DNA from: Microcoleus sp.
Lineage (GTDB): Bacteria > Cyanobacteriota > Cyanobacteriia > Cyanobacteriales > Microcoleaceae
Direction of reading: 5' to 3'
Assembly: GCA_042408215.1 (NCBI GenBank)
Contig: JAYFMW010000020.1
Coordinates: 224,001-288,000, forward strand
Length of the DNA stretch: 64,000 bases
Positions within the stretch are counted from its first letter, which is position 1; every line of letters begins with the position of its first letter. The notes under the pieces are model-generated. The model had not been told where the DNA came from. It saw only the letters and a list, made by a program, of their open reading frames with translations, and searched no databases. Of the stretch, positions 51,521 through 61,944 are shown one piece after another. Both the position numbers and the translations under genes were made by a program.

Positions 51521-52867
51521 CTAAACTAGGGTTTCGAGGCACAATTGACGAAAGTGATCGCCCCGTTTCTCGAAGTTTTGGTATTGATCGAAGCTAGCAC
51601 AGGCTGGGGAAAGCAGCACTACTTTTGCATTGTTTTGTTTGCCTAATTCTGCTGCTCTCTTAATTGCTCTTTCCATTGTTTCTACAATTTCCCAAGCGTT
51701 GTAATTTTCTTGTTCGAGCCGATCGCTAAAAATACCTGCCGCATCTCCAATTAGCAACACTGCGGCAGCTTTAGCTTTGATTGTATCAATCCAGGCGCTA
51801 TCTTCGCCTTCTTTTGGGTCGCCACCGGCTATTAAAATCGCCGGGGCGCTCACAGAAGCTAACCCGACTTGGGCGGCGTCATAATTAGTGGCTTTGCTGT
51901 CGTTGATGAAATCTATGCCTTCCCAAGTGCGGATGTGTTCGAGGCGGTGGGCTACTCCGGGGAATTTTGCAATGGCTTGGGCGATCGCACTTTTATCTAT
52001 CCCCGCCAAATTAGCCGCTGCTACCGCCATTAACAAGTTTTGCAAATTGTGTTCTCCCACCATTTTCAAAGACTCAGCCGGCAGAATTTTCTCGCTTTGA
52101 GCTATTACCCAACCGTCTTTAATGTACGCTCCAAAAGCTCGATCGCCCAAAAGTTCATTTTCACCTTTGACGCAAGTCCAACACGCATTAGGCCAAGTGT
52201 CAATGCCTTGTTGCCGCAAATATGGATCGTCGCCGTTGATTACTTGCAATTGAGATTTTTTCAGCAATTGCGCCTTAATTTTATAGTAATTTTCTAAGGT
52301 TTTGTGGCGGCTTAAGTGATCCGGTGTGAAAGTCGTCAAAATGCCAATTCGCGGCGCAAGAGATGACGAAGATTCTATTTGATAGCTGCTGATTTCTGCG
52401 ATGACCCAATCCGGCTGTTTTTCGGCTAAAGCTAATTCGCACGCAGCATAGCCAATATTGCCGCAAGCGGGAGCGTAAAGTCCAGCTTCTTCAAAAATTG
52501 CTGCAATTAAAGCCGTAGTTGTAGTTTTCCCGTTAGTGCCGGTAATTCCCACCCAAGGTGACTTGAGATAGCGCCACGCGAGTTCCATTTCTCCGATTGT
52601 TTCAATCCCTAATTCTCTGGCGCGCACTAATGCTGGAATGTCCCACGGAACCCCTGGGCTTACTACTACTAATTGTACAGATTCGACTGGTTCAAAAGAT
52701 TGACCTAACTCAACTGCTATTCCTTCGTTAGCTAGTTCTTGTTGCTGTTTGAGCAAGTTTGGAGAATCTGAGCGATCGCTCAGCGTTACTTCCCATCCTT
52801 CGCGTTTTAGTAGTCTGGCGGCGGCTATTCCTGATTTTCCTAGTCCAATGATATGAGCGATCGGCAT
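51521..52867 (-). CDS. murD: UDP-N-acetylmuramoyl-L-alanine--D-glutamate ligase
   Basis: [48 protein letters not shown]. Confidence 0.97.
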   Translation of the reverse strand: MPIAHIIGLGKSGIAAARLLKREGWEVTLSDRSDSPNLLKQQQELANEGIAVELGQSFEPVESVQLVVVSPGVPWDIPALVRARELGIETIGEMELAWRYLKSPWVGITGTNGKTTTTALIAAIFEEAGLYAPACGNIGYAACELALAEKQPDWVIAEISSYQIESSSSLAPRIGILTTFTPDHLSRHKTLENYYKIKAQLLKKSQLQVINGDDPYLRQQGIDTWPNACWTCVKGENELLGDRAFGAYIKDGWVIAQSEKILPAESLKMVGEHNLQNLLMAVAAANLAGIDKSAIAQAIAKFPGVAHRLEHIRTWEGIDFINDSKATNYDAAQVGLASVSAPAILIAGGDPKEGEDSAWIDTIKAKAAAVLLIGDAAGIFSDRLEQENYNAWEIVETMERAIKRAAELGKQNNAKVVLLSPACASFDQYQNFEKRGDHFRQLCLETLV

Positions 52868-52925
52868 AATTTTTGTGTGTGGTAGAGCGAACTTCCCTGG
52901 TTTTTTCCTTTTCGATCGGTTACGG

Positions 52926-53285
52926 TTTTTTTGGATTATTTAACCGCAGAGGGCGCAGAGGGCGCAGAGCAAGATAAGAGAGTATTGAATGTTTCCTATA
53001 CCAATGGATTTTATCTTACATCTTAACCTTTGGCGACTATCTCATTTTTTGGATTATTTAACCGCAGAGGCCGCAGAGGACACAGAGGAGGAGAAGAGAG
53101 TATTGAATAATTCGGATACCAATCGATTTGATCTTACATCAAAACTTTTGGCGACTATCTCATTTTTTGGATTATTTAACCGCAGAGGGCGCAGAGGGCG
53201 CAGAGGAGGAGAAGAGAGAAGATAGAAATTAATAATTCGGATACCAATCGATTTGATCTTACATCAAAACTTTTGGTGGCTATCT
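52926..53285. repeat. three tandem ~118-bp repeats
   Basis: TTTTTTGGATTATTTAACCGCAGAGG.CGCAGAGG starts near 52926, 53045 and 53163, each followed by ATACCAAT.GATTT.ATCTTACATC. Confidence 0.85.
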
Positions 53286-53304
53286 AAAATCCAAAATCTA
53301 AAAT

Positions 53305-55626
53305 CTAAAATCTATTCACGATCGCCCCAAAGTCAGCCAACACCCGCGCATGATTCCGCAGCAATCCCAGTAAACTCAACCGATTGCGCTTAATTTCCGG
53401 GTCAGAATCCATCACTAAAACGCTTTCTGGCCCATCGAAAAAGTTGCTAACAGTCGGAGCAATTTCAGTTAAACTATCTACTAATAGCTGGTAATTGCGA
53501 GTTTGTTTGGATAGCTGGGTTTGTGGCACTAACTGCACTACTGCATCGTAGAAAGCTTGTTCAGACGATTTTTGAAATAATTCTGGTTTCACTGCTTTTT
53601 TCGGTTCTAATTCGATTTTATCCAAATCTCCTTGAGCCGCCAAACGAGTTGAACGATTCACTGTTTCGTAGATTTTATCCAATGTATGATTATTGCGGAT
53701 TTGTTGCAAGAAAAGCGCTCTTTCCAGTGCGTCTAACAAATCTCTCAATGCTCGTTCGGTATATTCTGGGTCGTTTTCTCCCAAAACTGCATTTACCAAA
53801 TCGTAATCTACGTGCTTTTCTTCTTGCAACAAAGTGCGAATTCTTTGCAGGAAAAAGTCATACAATTGTGACAGTAATTCAACAGGTGTTTCGGGGCGAA
53901 GTGCTGTAAATTCACCAACACTTTCTGCAAGTAATTGGTGCAAATTTACAGGCAACTGAGCCGCCCAAATAATGTTAACTATCGCATTGGCGGCGCGGCG
54001 CAAAGCGAAGGGATCGGAGGAACCTGTCGGCAACATTCCTAAGCCGAAGATGCTGACTAATGTATCTAGTTTGTCGGCGATTCCGACAATTTGACCTGTG
54101 ATAGTTTGGGGCAGTTTGTCCCCGGCACCTTTGGGCAAATAATGTTCAACAATCCCTTTGGCTACTGCTTCTGATTCGCCGCTGGCTAAGGCGTATTTCT
54201 GCCCCATGATTCCTTGCATTTCTGGCAGTTCGTAAACCATTTGGGTTACGAGGTCGGCTTTGCAAAGTAAGGCTGCTCTTGCTATGTGTAAGCTTTCTTC
54301 TGCTGTTAGTTGCAGTTGATTGACAATGAGACTGGCAATCTTGCACAGGCGATCGACTTTGGCGCGTACAGTCCCTAAATCTTCTTGGAAAGTCACTGTT
54401 TCCAATTTGGGCAAATAATCTTCTAGAGGTTTTGCCAAGTCTGCTTTGTAGAAAAATTGACCGTCTGCTAATCTCGCCCGAACTACTCGCTCGTTCCCGG
54501 CGGCGATGATGGCTGATTTCGCTGGATCGCCGTTGGAAATTGTAATGAAGTAGGGCAGAAGTTCGGGAGATTTGGGATTTTTTAGAATCGGAAAATACCG
54601 CTGGTTTGTGACAATTATTGTGGTGATTACTTCCGGCGGTAATATCAAAAATTCTTCGTCAAATTTGCCGACTACTGCGTTCGGCCATTCTACTAAATCG
54701 GTTACTTCTTCTAATAAATCATCGCTGATGTCTGCGTAACCGCCTTGTTTTGTGGCGGCCGCTTCTACTTGGGCTTTAATTTGAGTTTTGCGTTGCGATC
54801 GATCGACTTCAACGTAAGCAGCCCGCAGACACTCGACATAGCCCTCGGCTTGCGGAATGGAGACCCCCCCCGTCCCCCCCTTGCTAAGGGGGGGTGTAGG
54901 AAGCGATGTCCCCTCCTTAGCAAGGGGAGGTGTAGGAAGCGTCCCCTCCTTAGCAAGGGGAGGTGTAGGAAGCGATGTCCCCTCCTTAGCAAGGGGAGGT
55001 GTAGGAAGCGTCCCCTCCTTAGCAAGGGGGGGTGTAGGGGGGGTGTGTAAGACGCGGTGCCCTTGGGAAATTCGATCGCTCTTGACTGTATCTGAACCGT
55101 TTACCAGGGCGATCGGCAGTACAGTATCATCAAGTAGTGCCACGATCGATCGAATCGGGCGAGGAAACTTCAACTCACCGTCGGCCCACCGCATAAATCT
55201 CTTACCTTCCAATTTGCTAATCCACAGCGGCACAAGTTCTGCCAAAATATCTGCTGTCTGGCGGCCCGGAATTTTTTTCAGTACAAAAACAAAATCGCCC
55301 TTATCTGTAGCGCGAACTTCCAAAGCATCAATTTCTACGCCCTGCTTTTTCGCAAAACCTTCGGCTGCTTTCGTCGGTTTCCCATCTTTAAAAGCCGAAC
55401 TCGCGGGCGGTCCTTTTACCTCTTCTTCTCTGTCTAATTGCTGAACTGGCAATCCTTTGATCAGAACTGCCAAGCGTCTAGGAGTAGCGTATACATGAAT
55501 TGAGTCATTTGTCAAGAATTGTTCGGCAAGAGTTTCAGGTACAAGTCGCTGCCACTGCTGGGCGCTCCCTGTGACGAAGGATGCGGGCAATTCTTCTGTA
55601 CCGAGTTCTAATAAAAATGCAGCCAT
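53305..55626 (-). CDS. glyS: glycyl-tRNA synthetase beta subunit with ~60-aa repeat insertion
   Basis: [68 protein letters not shown]. Confidence 0.97.
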   Translation of the reverse strand: MAAFLLELGTEELPASFVTGSAQQWQRLVPETLAEQFLTNDSIHVYATPRRLAVLIKGLPVQQLDREEEVKGPPASSAFKDGKPTKAAEGFAKKQGVEIDALEVRATDKGDFVFVLKKIPGRQTADILAELVPLWISKLEGKRFMRWADGELKFPRPIRSIVALLDDTVLPIALVNGSDTVKSDRISQGHRVLHTPPTPPLAKEGTLPTPPLAKEGTSLPTPPLAKEGTLPTPPLAKEGTSLPTPPLSKGGTGGVSIPQAEGYVECLRAAYVEVDRSQRKTQIKAQVEAAATKQGGYADISDDLLEEVTDLVEWPNAVVGKFDEEFLILPPEVITTIIVTNQRYFPILKNPKSPELLPYFITISNGDPAKSAIIAAGNERVVRARLADGQFFYKADLAKPLEDYLPKLETVTFQEDLGTVRAKVDRLCKIASLIVNQLQLTAEESLHIARAALLCKADLVTQMVYELPEMQGIMGQKYALASGESEAVAKGIVEHYLPKGAGDKLPQTITGQIVGIADKLDTLVSIFGLGMLPTGSSDPFALRRAANAIVNIIWAAQLPVNLHQLLAESVGEFTALRPETPVELLSQLYDFFLQRIRTLLQEEKHVDYDLVNAVLGENDPEYTERALRDLLDALERALFLQQIRNNHTLDKIYETVNRSTRLAAQGDLDKIELEPKKAVKPELFQKSSEQAFYDAVVQLVPQTQLSKQTRNYQLLVDSLTEIAPTVSNFFDGPESVLVMDSDPEIKRNRLSLLGLLRNHARVLADFGAIVNRF
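54864..55044. repeat. in-frame tandem palindromic repeats within glyS
   Basis: CCC(C/T)CCTT-N4-AAGGGG(A/G)G units with alternating 33/36-bp period encoding [10 protein letters not shown](S)L. Confidence 0.92.
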
Positions 55627-55751
55627 ATCGCACCGTAATGGAATTTAGTTTAGGGTAATTTATCCGATCGTACAATCGTACATCTAAAAAAGACTCAAAA
55701 GTTCAGCAGACCACGTAAAATCGGGGGAGAAAGATCATATCTCAACAGCAC

Positions 55752-56879
55752 ATGACCTTGGCGGAAAGACTAGCACAAGATTGGACGTCTCGACTGGAAA
55801 AAGAGTGCCCGGAGGAGAGCCCTAGCACTCGCCAGAGTGTTGTCCGCTGGCTGTTGGGAGACAAGCCAGATCGATTTGACACTCTCAATCCTACTCAATT
55901 GTCGATCGCGACGGGGGCGATCGACTTTCTGTATCGAATTTTGCTTTCTCGGTATCTGGGTGTGCCGCCAGAAAAAGCTTACCGCAACTTGATCGGGCGG
56001 CTGGGCGGTTTGGTGGTGCTGCGACAAAAAATCCTGGCTTGGGTGTCTCTGAGTCGCGACAGACAGCGCACAGCGGTAGAGGTACTGCAAGAGGTGATTC
56101 AGGAAATGCTCAATTCCGATCGATACCTTCAGCAGCAAGTCGCCTGGATTGCTGAATGTACCTCAGACAGACGCCTGCGAAATTCTTTGCTACTCGCAAG
56201 CGTCGAAGAATATTGTTTGCGCCCGATCCGCAACCAGCCACTGCTAGTCTACCGTTTTGTCAACTACCTGCGACGTTCCCAGCGGGGCGGCTTGACGCAA
56301 GTCCCAGCAGGAGACTGGGTGCGCCTAGTGTCGGAACAAGTTCTCCCCGACGACACAGACGAACCCCTCAGCCTGCTAGACGAACAGGCGATGTCCGAGT
56401 ATCAAGAAAATCAAGCTTGGGAAGACCGGCAAGCTCAGCGGCAAACCGTTCAACAAGAATTTGAGAATTACTTGGCGACGGAAGTCGATCCGCTGGCCTC
56501 CCAGTGGCTACGGCTGTACCTCCAAGGGCGTTCTCAGGAAGCCATCGCCGAAGCTTTGAATGTTCCGATTAAGCAAATTTACCGCTTGCGAGAAAAAGTT
56601 AGCTACCACGCGATTCGGGTTTTCGCCGTCAAACAATCGCCGGAATTAGTCGCTAGCTGGCTGGAAACTTCCCTACAAGAACACAGTTTGGGCTTGACTC
56701 CAAGTCAGTGGGAGCAATATTGGCAAAACCTGACTCCCATTCAGCGGCAGTTGATCGAATCGCTGAAAGCAGGTAAAAGTGTAGAGACGATCGCCTCTGA
56801 ATTGAAATTGAAAACCAATCAGGTCATCGGCGAGTGGAGTAAACTCTATTTAGCAGCTCAATCCCTCCGCAACCAGTGA
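55752..56879 (+). CDS. HetZ-related protein (sigma/HTH-like regulator)
   Basis: SRYLGVPPEKAYRNLIGRLG, SLSRDRQR, RNQPLLVYRFVNYLRRSQRGGLTQVP, C-terminal HTH-like segments; family recognised from memory. Confidence 0.7.
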   Translation: MTLAERLAQDWTSRLEKECPEESPSTRQSVVRWLLGDKPDRFDTLNPTQLSIATGAIDFLYRILLSRYLGVPPEKAYRNLIGRLGGLVVLRQKILAWVSLSRDRQRTAVEVLQEVIQEMLNSDRYLQQQVAWIAECTSDRRLRNSLLLASVEEYCLRPIRNQPLLVYRFVNYLRRSQRGGLTQVPAGDWVRLVSEQVLPDDTDEPLSLLDEQAMSEYQENQAWEDRQAQRQTVQQEFENYLATEVDPLASQWLRLYLQGRSQEAIAEALNVPIKQIYRLREKVSYHAIRVFAVKQSPELVASWLETSLQEHSLGLTPSQWEQYWQNLTPIQRQLIESLKAGKSVETIASELKLKTNQVIGEWSKLYLAAQSLRNQ

Positions 56880-57574
56880 TCGGTAATCAGTTGCAGGCAA
56901 TTGCTAATTGTTAATTATTTGTAGCATTTGGATGAAATGCTCGCTACAAATCATATCATGTCCGGTTAATTCGTTCTTGTATAATTTGCGCTCTGGTAGG
57001 GCGGGTTTTACCAACCATAATTGTTGAAAACTAAGTATCTCATAAACCCGCTCCCCCCATGCTGTTCGGATGCCACCGGACTTGAGCTCAGTTCCCGAAC
57101 CGCCCTCTGATCTGTGAGTTGCCAAATCGTCCTCATCAGCTTAATTTTCAGCAATCAATTGCGATGATTGCTGTGTAGGATAAGATATTAGCAGCACGAT
57201 CGACTTCTCAGGATTTTCTACCCAATCCTCAATTAACTATTACACTGACCTATCTACCAAGCAACGCCGCCGTGCGATGGTGCGAACTGTGGGGTCTAAC
57301 AAATACTGCTTTGAAGTCAATTGAAGCGGTTGTTTATCAATAATCAGTTGTGGTGCATATGTAAAATTTGTGAATTAGTCAAAACATCCCCTTGACATCG
57401 GACGATCGATCCCAGGGGTGTATTGGGTTCACGATTTTTTTTCAAAAGAACTTTCAGTCTTCAGACTTCTACCCCCGTCAGGGAGTGTCAAAGCGTTGAA
57501 TTTGATAGATGAGGTTGGTGTGTCGCAAAAGCGCGATCGGATCGCCATTGTCCCCGACTACTACTTAGTGGCTA

Positions 57575-58666
57575 ATGCTATACACATCTCCAACAGACTC
57601 GGCGACGACAATGAACACCGATCGAATATTTCCATTAATCGATACTGTTGTCCCCTTTGAAGCCTGCCTTTACTATCAAGTTTTGCCTCTGTCTCTAGAA
57701 GGTAATATTTTAAAACTGGGCGTCGTCGATGCACAAGATGACTCGGCTTTAGACTATGTGCAACGGATTTTAGCTTACATGAATTGCTCTGTAACAACGG
57801 AGCCACTTTCATCGGAAACCCATCACTCAATGCTCTCAGCTTACTTGCTGCACAGCAGCCAGGTAAAAGAACCAACCCAGACAGCCGCCACATCGGACAA
57901 GGAGGCCAGGCCCCTACAGACAGCCTCAACTGGTGGGGCTGGGGTGACTGCAACGCTGTCGTCGGAAGCAGAAACATTGCTGTCTCGGCCCGAACCCCAA
58001 ACTCGCCCGGCCAATCCATCGAAATCTTCGCCAACCGGGGTTTCGCAGCCACCAATCCCATTGCAAATTTTGGAGGTAAAAGCCTTGCACTTGTCAAGTC
58101 CTGTGGAAGTTTTAGTAACTTTACCCGCCCCACAACTGCTGCAAGAATTGCTCGGTAGAGTGCTGCGAGAGGGTATCGGCCGCCTGTTTTTTGAGCGACA
58201 GCACTCGCAAGGTCGAATTCTTTGGAGTCAAGACGGTGTTTTGAAATCAATGATCGAAGGTATCGAACCCCTATTGTTCCAAAACATCATCGACGAGTTG
58301 AAGCGACTGACAAATATGCCTCTGAGTCTGGTGGAACACCCCAAACAAGTGGAAGTTGAACGAATTTATCGAAAAACTCATTTGTTATTGCGCTTGCGAG
58401 TAATGCCTGTTAGTGGCGGGGAAGATGCGACGCTGCAAGTGTTGCGCGGTGCGGCTTTGAGGTTTTACGAGCAGCAGCAGTTGTCTAATTTGAGTCGGGA
58501 TGCACTACAACTGGCCAAGGAATTGCAGCGAAAAGTGAATCAAATTCGCGATCGAACTCGGCTTAATCCCTTGCCTTTGGAGGGCTTGCCGGCTTTGGAA
58601 CAGGTGATTAGAAATCTTGACGATCAAATTGAAGCTTTAATGAACGAACACTATCTTGAGCATTGA
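57575..58666 (+). CDS. PilB/GspE N-terminal-like domain protein without an ATPase domain
   Basis: FEACLYYQVLPL...LKLGVVD, Pro/Thr linker, ILWSQDGVL, LRLRVMPVSGGEDATLQVL; no Walker A motif. Confidence 0.6.
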   Translation: MLYTSPTDSATTMNTDRIFPLIDTVVPFEACLYYQVLPLSLEGNILKLGVVDAQDDSALDYVQRILAYMNCSVTTEPLSSETHHSMLSAYLLHSSQVKEPTQTAATSDKEARPLQTASTGGAGVTATLSSEAETLLSRPEPQTRPANPSKSSPTGVSQPPIPLQILEVKALHLSSPVEVLVTLPAPQLLQELLGRVLREGIGRLFFERQHSQGRILWSQDGVLKSMIEGIEPLLFQNIIDELKRLTNMPLSLVEHPKQVEVERIYRKTHLLLRLRVMPVSGGEDATLQVLRGAALRFYEQQQLSNLSRDALQLAKELQRKVNQIRDRTRLNPLPLEGLPALEQVIRNLDDQIEALMNEHYLEH

Positions 58667-60066
58667 CATACTCCCCGACCGTCGCGGACGGGGATTCTAA
58701 TTCATGGTTCACAGAAGTCCACTTGCTATATCGAGTTTCCCTTCAATAGTAGAGGCGGTCTTCTCCCCACGCTTTCCCTCGGACGAGGCGGATCCTTCTT
58801 GCCCAGAAGTACCGTTTCTTTGCCACTGGGTACCCAAAAGATTCATCCCCTTTTGCAAAATATTGAGAGCCGCATTAGTATCACGGCACTGTTCAATTTT
58901 GCAATTAGGACAGGAATGGGTTCTGGTACTAAGGGCTTTCTTCGCTCTATGACCGCAATTAGAACAATCTTGGGAAGTGTAGTTAGGCGATACTGCTACC
59001 ACCGCTTTGTCCCAAATCCTGCCATAGTAGTCTAGCCATTGAGTGAATTGATACCAACTAGCATCGGAGATGGACTTAGCCAAGTGATGATTTTTCACCA
59101 TATTGGCAATCTTCAAATCTTCATAGACAACCACATCGTTAGAGTGGACTACGCACCGGGCTTGCTTGATTGCCCAGTCTTTACGCTGTCTCTGAATTTT
59201 TAGATGGATTTTACCCAGTCTTTTCCTTTGCTTGTGATAGTTCCTTGATTGGGGTTTAGCACCCTTCACGAATTTCTTACTCAGGCGGCGTTGGGCTTTC
59301 GCCCGTCGCCTTTCTGACTTCCGCAAGAATTGAGGATAAATCACGGCTTTATCGTTTTGGTCTTTGGTGAAAAACTTTAACCCCAAATCTAACCCAACAA
59401 CATTACCCGTATATTTCCCTGTTTCCTTGCGGTCGGCATCAAAGCAAAACTGAGCATAATAACCATCTGCTCTTCTAACTACTCGCACCCGATTAATCTT
59501 TAATCTGTGTAAGTCTTCCTGAGTTTCATTGTTGCCAAATACAGAAAAAGTTCCAGCCTCAAACCCATCAGTGAAAGTAATTAATTTACAATCTTCTGAT
59601 AACTTCCAGCCTGAAACTTTATACTCTACCGAGCGACAATGTTTCTTGAACTTTGGATAGCCCTTCTTCCCCGCACCTTTTCTGCACCGGGAATAAAAGG
59701 TAGAGATGGCAGCCCAAGCCCGTTCCGCACTAGCTTGTCTAGCAGCAGAGTTTAACTTCTTTGCAAAGGGAAACTCTGCCGCTAAGTCCTTGCATAGGCT
59801 ATACAAAACAGCTTTACTAACCTTTTGATTATCCATCCAAAACCGTACAGCTTTATTCCTAATAAACTGCGCTGTTCGGATCGCCTCATCAAGGGCTAAG
59901 TATTGCTCTTTTGTTCCGTTTTTTAGCTTGGCTTCTCTTACTATCATGCTCTAAGTATAACATATTTATCTGGTATTGTAGCGGATAAATATAATTGTAG
60001 AGAATAAATATAGTAGAATAATATAAAGCCGTCCTAGAAGGACAGGGCTTTAGACCCAATTTTTCG
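58663..60066 (-). mobile_element. IS200/IS605-family tnpB-only element
   Basis: Left end CGAAAAATTGGGTCTAAAGCCCTGTCCTTCTAGGACGGCTTT after ATTAC; right end GAATCCCCGTCCGCGACGGTCGGGGAGTATGTCAA. Confidence 0.85.
58709..59947 (-). CDS. tnpB: TnpB RNA-guided endonuclease
   Basis: VGLDLGL, VYEDLKI, TSQDCSNCG...CPNC zinc finger, RDTNAALNI (all three RuvC acidic residues present). Confidence 0.95.
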   Translation of the reverse strand: MIVREAKLKNGTKEQYLALDEAIRTAQFIRNKAVRFWMDNQKVSKAVLYSLCKDLAAEFPFAKKLNSAARQASAERAWAAISTFYSRCRKGAGKKGYPKFKKHCRSVEYKVSGWKLSEDCKLITFTDGFEAGTFSVFGNNETQEDLHRLKINRVRVVRRADGYYAQFCFDADRKETGKYTGNVVGLDLGLKFFTKDQNDKAVIYPQFLRKSERRRAKAQRRLSKKFVKGAKPQSRNYHKQRKRLGKIHLKIQRQRKDWAIKQARCVVHSNDVVVYEDLKIANMVKNHHLAKSISDASWYQFTQWLDYYGRIWDKAVVAVSPNYTSQDCSNCGHRAKKALSTRTHSCPNCKIEQCRDTNAALNILQKGMNLLGTQWQRNGTSGQEGSASSEGKRGEKTASTIEGKLDIASGLL

Positions 60067-60070
60067 GTAA

Positions 60071-60249
60071 TATAGCCTTTCTCAGTAACAGTGCGGTGCA
60101 GGCTTGATATAGGGCATAGGGCATAGGGCATAGGGCATAGGGCATAGGGCATAGGGCATGGGGCATGGGGCATAGGGCATGGGGCATGGGGCATAGGGCA
60201 TGGGGCATAGGGCATTGGGCATACCTCACCAAGATTGAGAACTGCTATA
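60071..60249. mobile_element. MITE-like element with (GGGCATA/G)n cargo
   Basis: TATAGCCTTTCTCAG...TACCTCACC..ATTGAGAACTGCTATA; same family as 25563-25663. Confidence 0.65.
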
Positions 60250-60450
60250 TAGCCGATCGATTTTAGATTTGAGATTTTAGATTGAAGCGATTTGCCTCAA
60301 TTAGGGGGCGGGTTTACGAGATTGTCGGTTTTCGCCAATTCTTGTCGGTGGGGTGGGGGCGGGTTTACGAGATTGTCGGTTTTCGCCAATTCTTGTCGGT
60401 GAAACCCGCCCCTACAGACATATACAAGAATGAATCAACCGGAATTGATA

Positions 60451-61083
60451 TCATCCGTGCTCGAACACATCTTTGTACTGCAATAAATCCAAACTTACAA
60501 AAACTGGCAAACACTGAAAACATTGCTGTGCAACTTCCCAACGTTCTTCTCGCTGCAACATCGCAGTCAACTTCTGTTTAGCGCTCAACAAATAGCGAAC
60601 ATCATTCGCAGCATAATCCAGTTGCTCGTCAGAAAGATTAGTCGCATTTCCCCAGTCTGAACTTTGAGAAGTTTTATTTAATTCTACTTTTTCCAGTTCG
60701 AGAATTACTTCTTTCAGTCCGTGTCTGTTAGTGTAAGTTCTAGCAAGTTTACTAGCTATTTTAGTGCAGAAAACCGGCGCAATGTCAATACTTAAATTGT
60801 AACGCATTGTTGCCATATCAAAGCGAGCAAAATGAAATACTTTCTCGATATTGTCAGCTTCCATTAACTTCTTTAAATTCGGCGCGGTTGTCTGGTTTTT
60901 AGCAATTCGCACCACTGCAACTTTACCTTCCGGGTTGCACAACTGCACCAAACACAGCCGATCGCGCCACGGCATCAAACCCATTGTTTCGGTATCAACA
61001 GCGATCGCCTCCGCCGTCAAATAGTAAGATAAAAGAGAATCGGGAAGATCGCGATCGCACACTTGAAAATCTGCAAATTCCAT
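60451..61083 (-). CDS. ribonuclease D-like 3'-5' exonuclease
   Basis: IAVDTETMGL, KVFHFARFD, CTKIAS, SSDW, YAANDV (DEDDy). Confidence 0.9.
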   Translation of the reverse strand: MEFADFQVCDRDLPDSLLSYYLTAEAIAVDTETMGLMPWRDRLCLVQLCNPEGKVAVVRIAKNQTTAPNLKKLMEADNIEKVFHFARFDMATMRYNLSIDIAPVFCTKIASKLARTYTNRHGLKEVILELEKVELNKTSQSSDWGNATNLSDEQLDYAANDVRYLLSAKQKLTAMLQREERWEVAQQCFQCLPVFVSLDLLQYKDVFEHG

Positions 61084-61227
61084 TATTTAAGAATTGGTAA
61101 TTGGTAATTGGTAATTGGGCATGGGGCATTGGGCATTTGTTATTTGTTATTTGTTATTTGCTGTTCTGCTACCAATAACTCATAACTCATAACTAATGAC
61201 TAATGACTAATGACTAATGACTTCAAA

Positions 61228-61734
61228 TTATCGACTGCGGACAAAAAGCTGAGTAAAATAATACTCCCCTTTAGCATTTTTCGCAATCCCAATTCCAGTC
61301 AAATTAAACTGACCTTCCATATTCTTGCGGTGGCCCTCACTCTTAATCCAGCCGTCAACAGCATTGCGTACCGGGTCGCTGAAGCCCATATTGTAAGCCA
61401 CATTTTCAGCTACACTTTGATACGGAATTGCCATCGACTTAGCCCGCCCATCAAATCCATCATGACTAAACTTAACCTTCCCACTCGCCATATTTTCGCT
61501 GTGAATCCTTGCTTGCTGACTAATTCGCGGATCGACACTCAGCGGCGGCAACTTCTTAGATGCTCGATATTGATTAATCTGTTGGTTAGCCGCTTTTTCT
61601 AAATCAGCAATTGAACTAGAAGCAAGAGTCATATTCATGGGAATTTGCGGCTGCGATTCTGTAGGAATTAGCTGGGAAAAATTAGGCAGGATTGTTAGCA
61701 ATCCCAGGGACATCAGAACCAAAGGTTTGTACAT
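61228..61734 (-). CDS. CAP/SCP-domain protein
   Basis: INQYRAS, ARIHSENMA, FSHDG, AENVA, WIKSEGHRKNM, GIGI, YFTQLF; signal-peptide-like N-terminus. Confidence 0.9.
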   Translation of the reverse strand: MYKPLVLMSLGLLTILPNFSQLIPTESQPQIPMNMTLASSSIADLEKAANQQINQYRASKKLPPLSVDPRISQQARIHSENMASGKVKFSHDGFDGRAKSMAIPYQSVAENVAYNMGFSDPVRNAVDGWIKSEGHRKNMEGQFNLTGIGIAKNAKGEYYFTQLFVRSR

Positions 61735-61944
61735 TACTTAGAACAAGAAATAAATTGAATTTTTAGATTATTAGTCCTGGACGCACGGGTGTCAGAAACC
61801 GGGTTTTTTTACGAAATACTTCGTTAAAGCCCGCAGATTTGGTAAAAAACCCGGTTTCTTTGTCGGAGTGCGTAAGTCCTGCTTGTATAACCGGACATAA
61901 TCTTACCCATTCCTACAGAGCGATCGCCCAAAATTCCGCTCGCA

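Noticed and set aside
52926..53285. Possible degenerate CRISPR array
   Set aside because: Whole units are duplicated; there are no unique spacers.
57392..57491. TTGACA...GGGAGTGTCAA segment resembling an IS605 right end
   Set aside because: Hairpin incomplete and no left end found; at most a decayed remnant.
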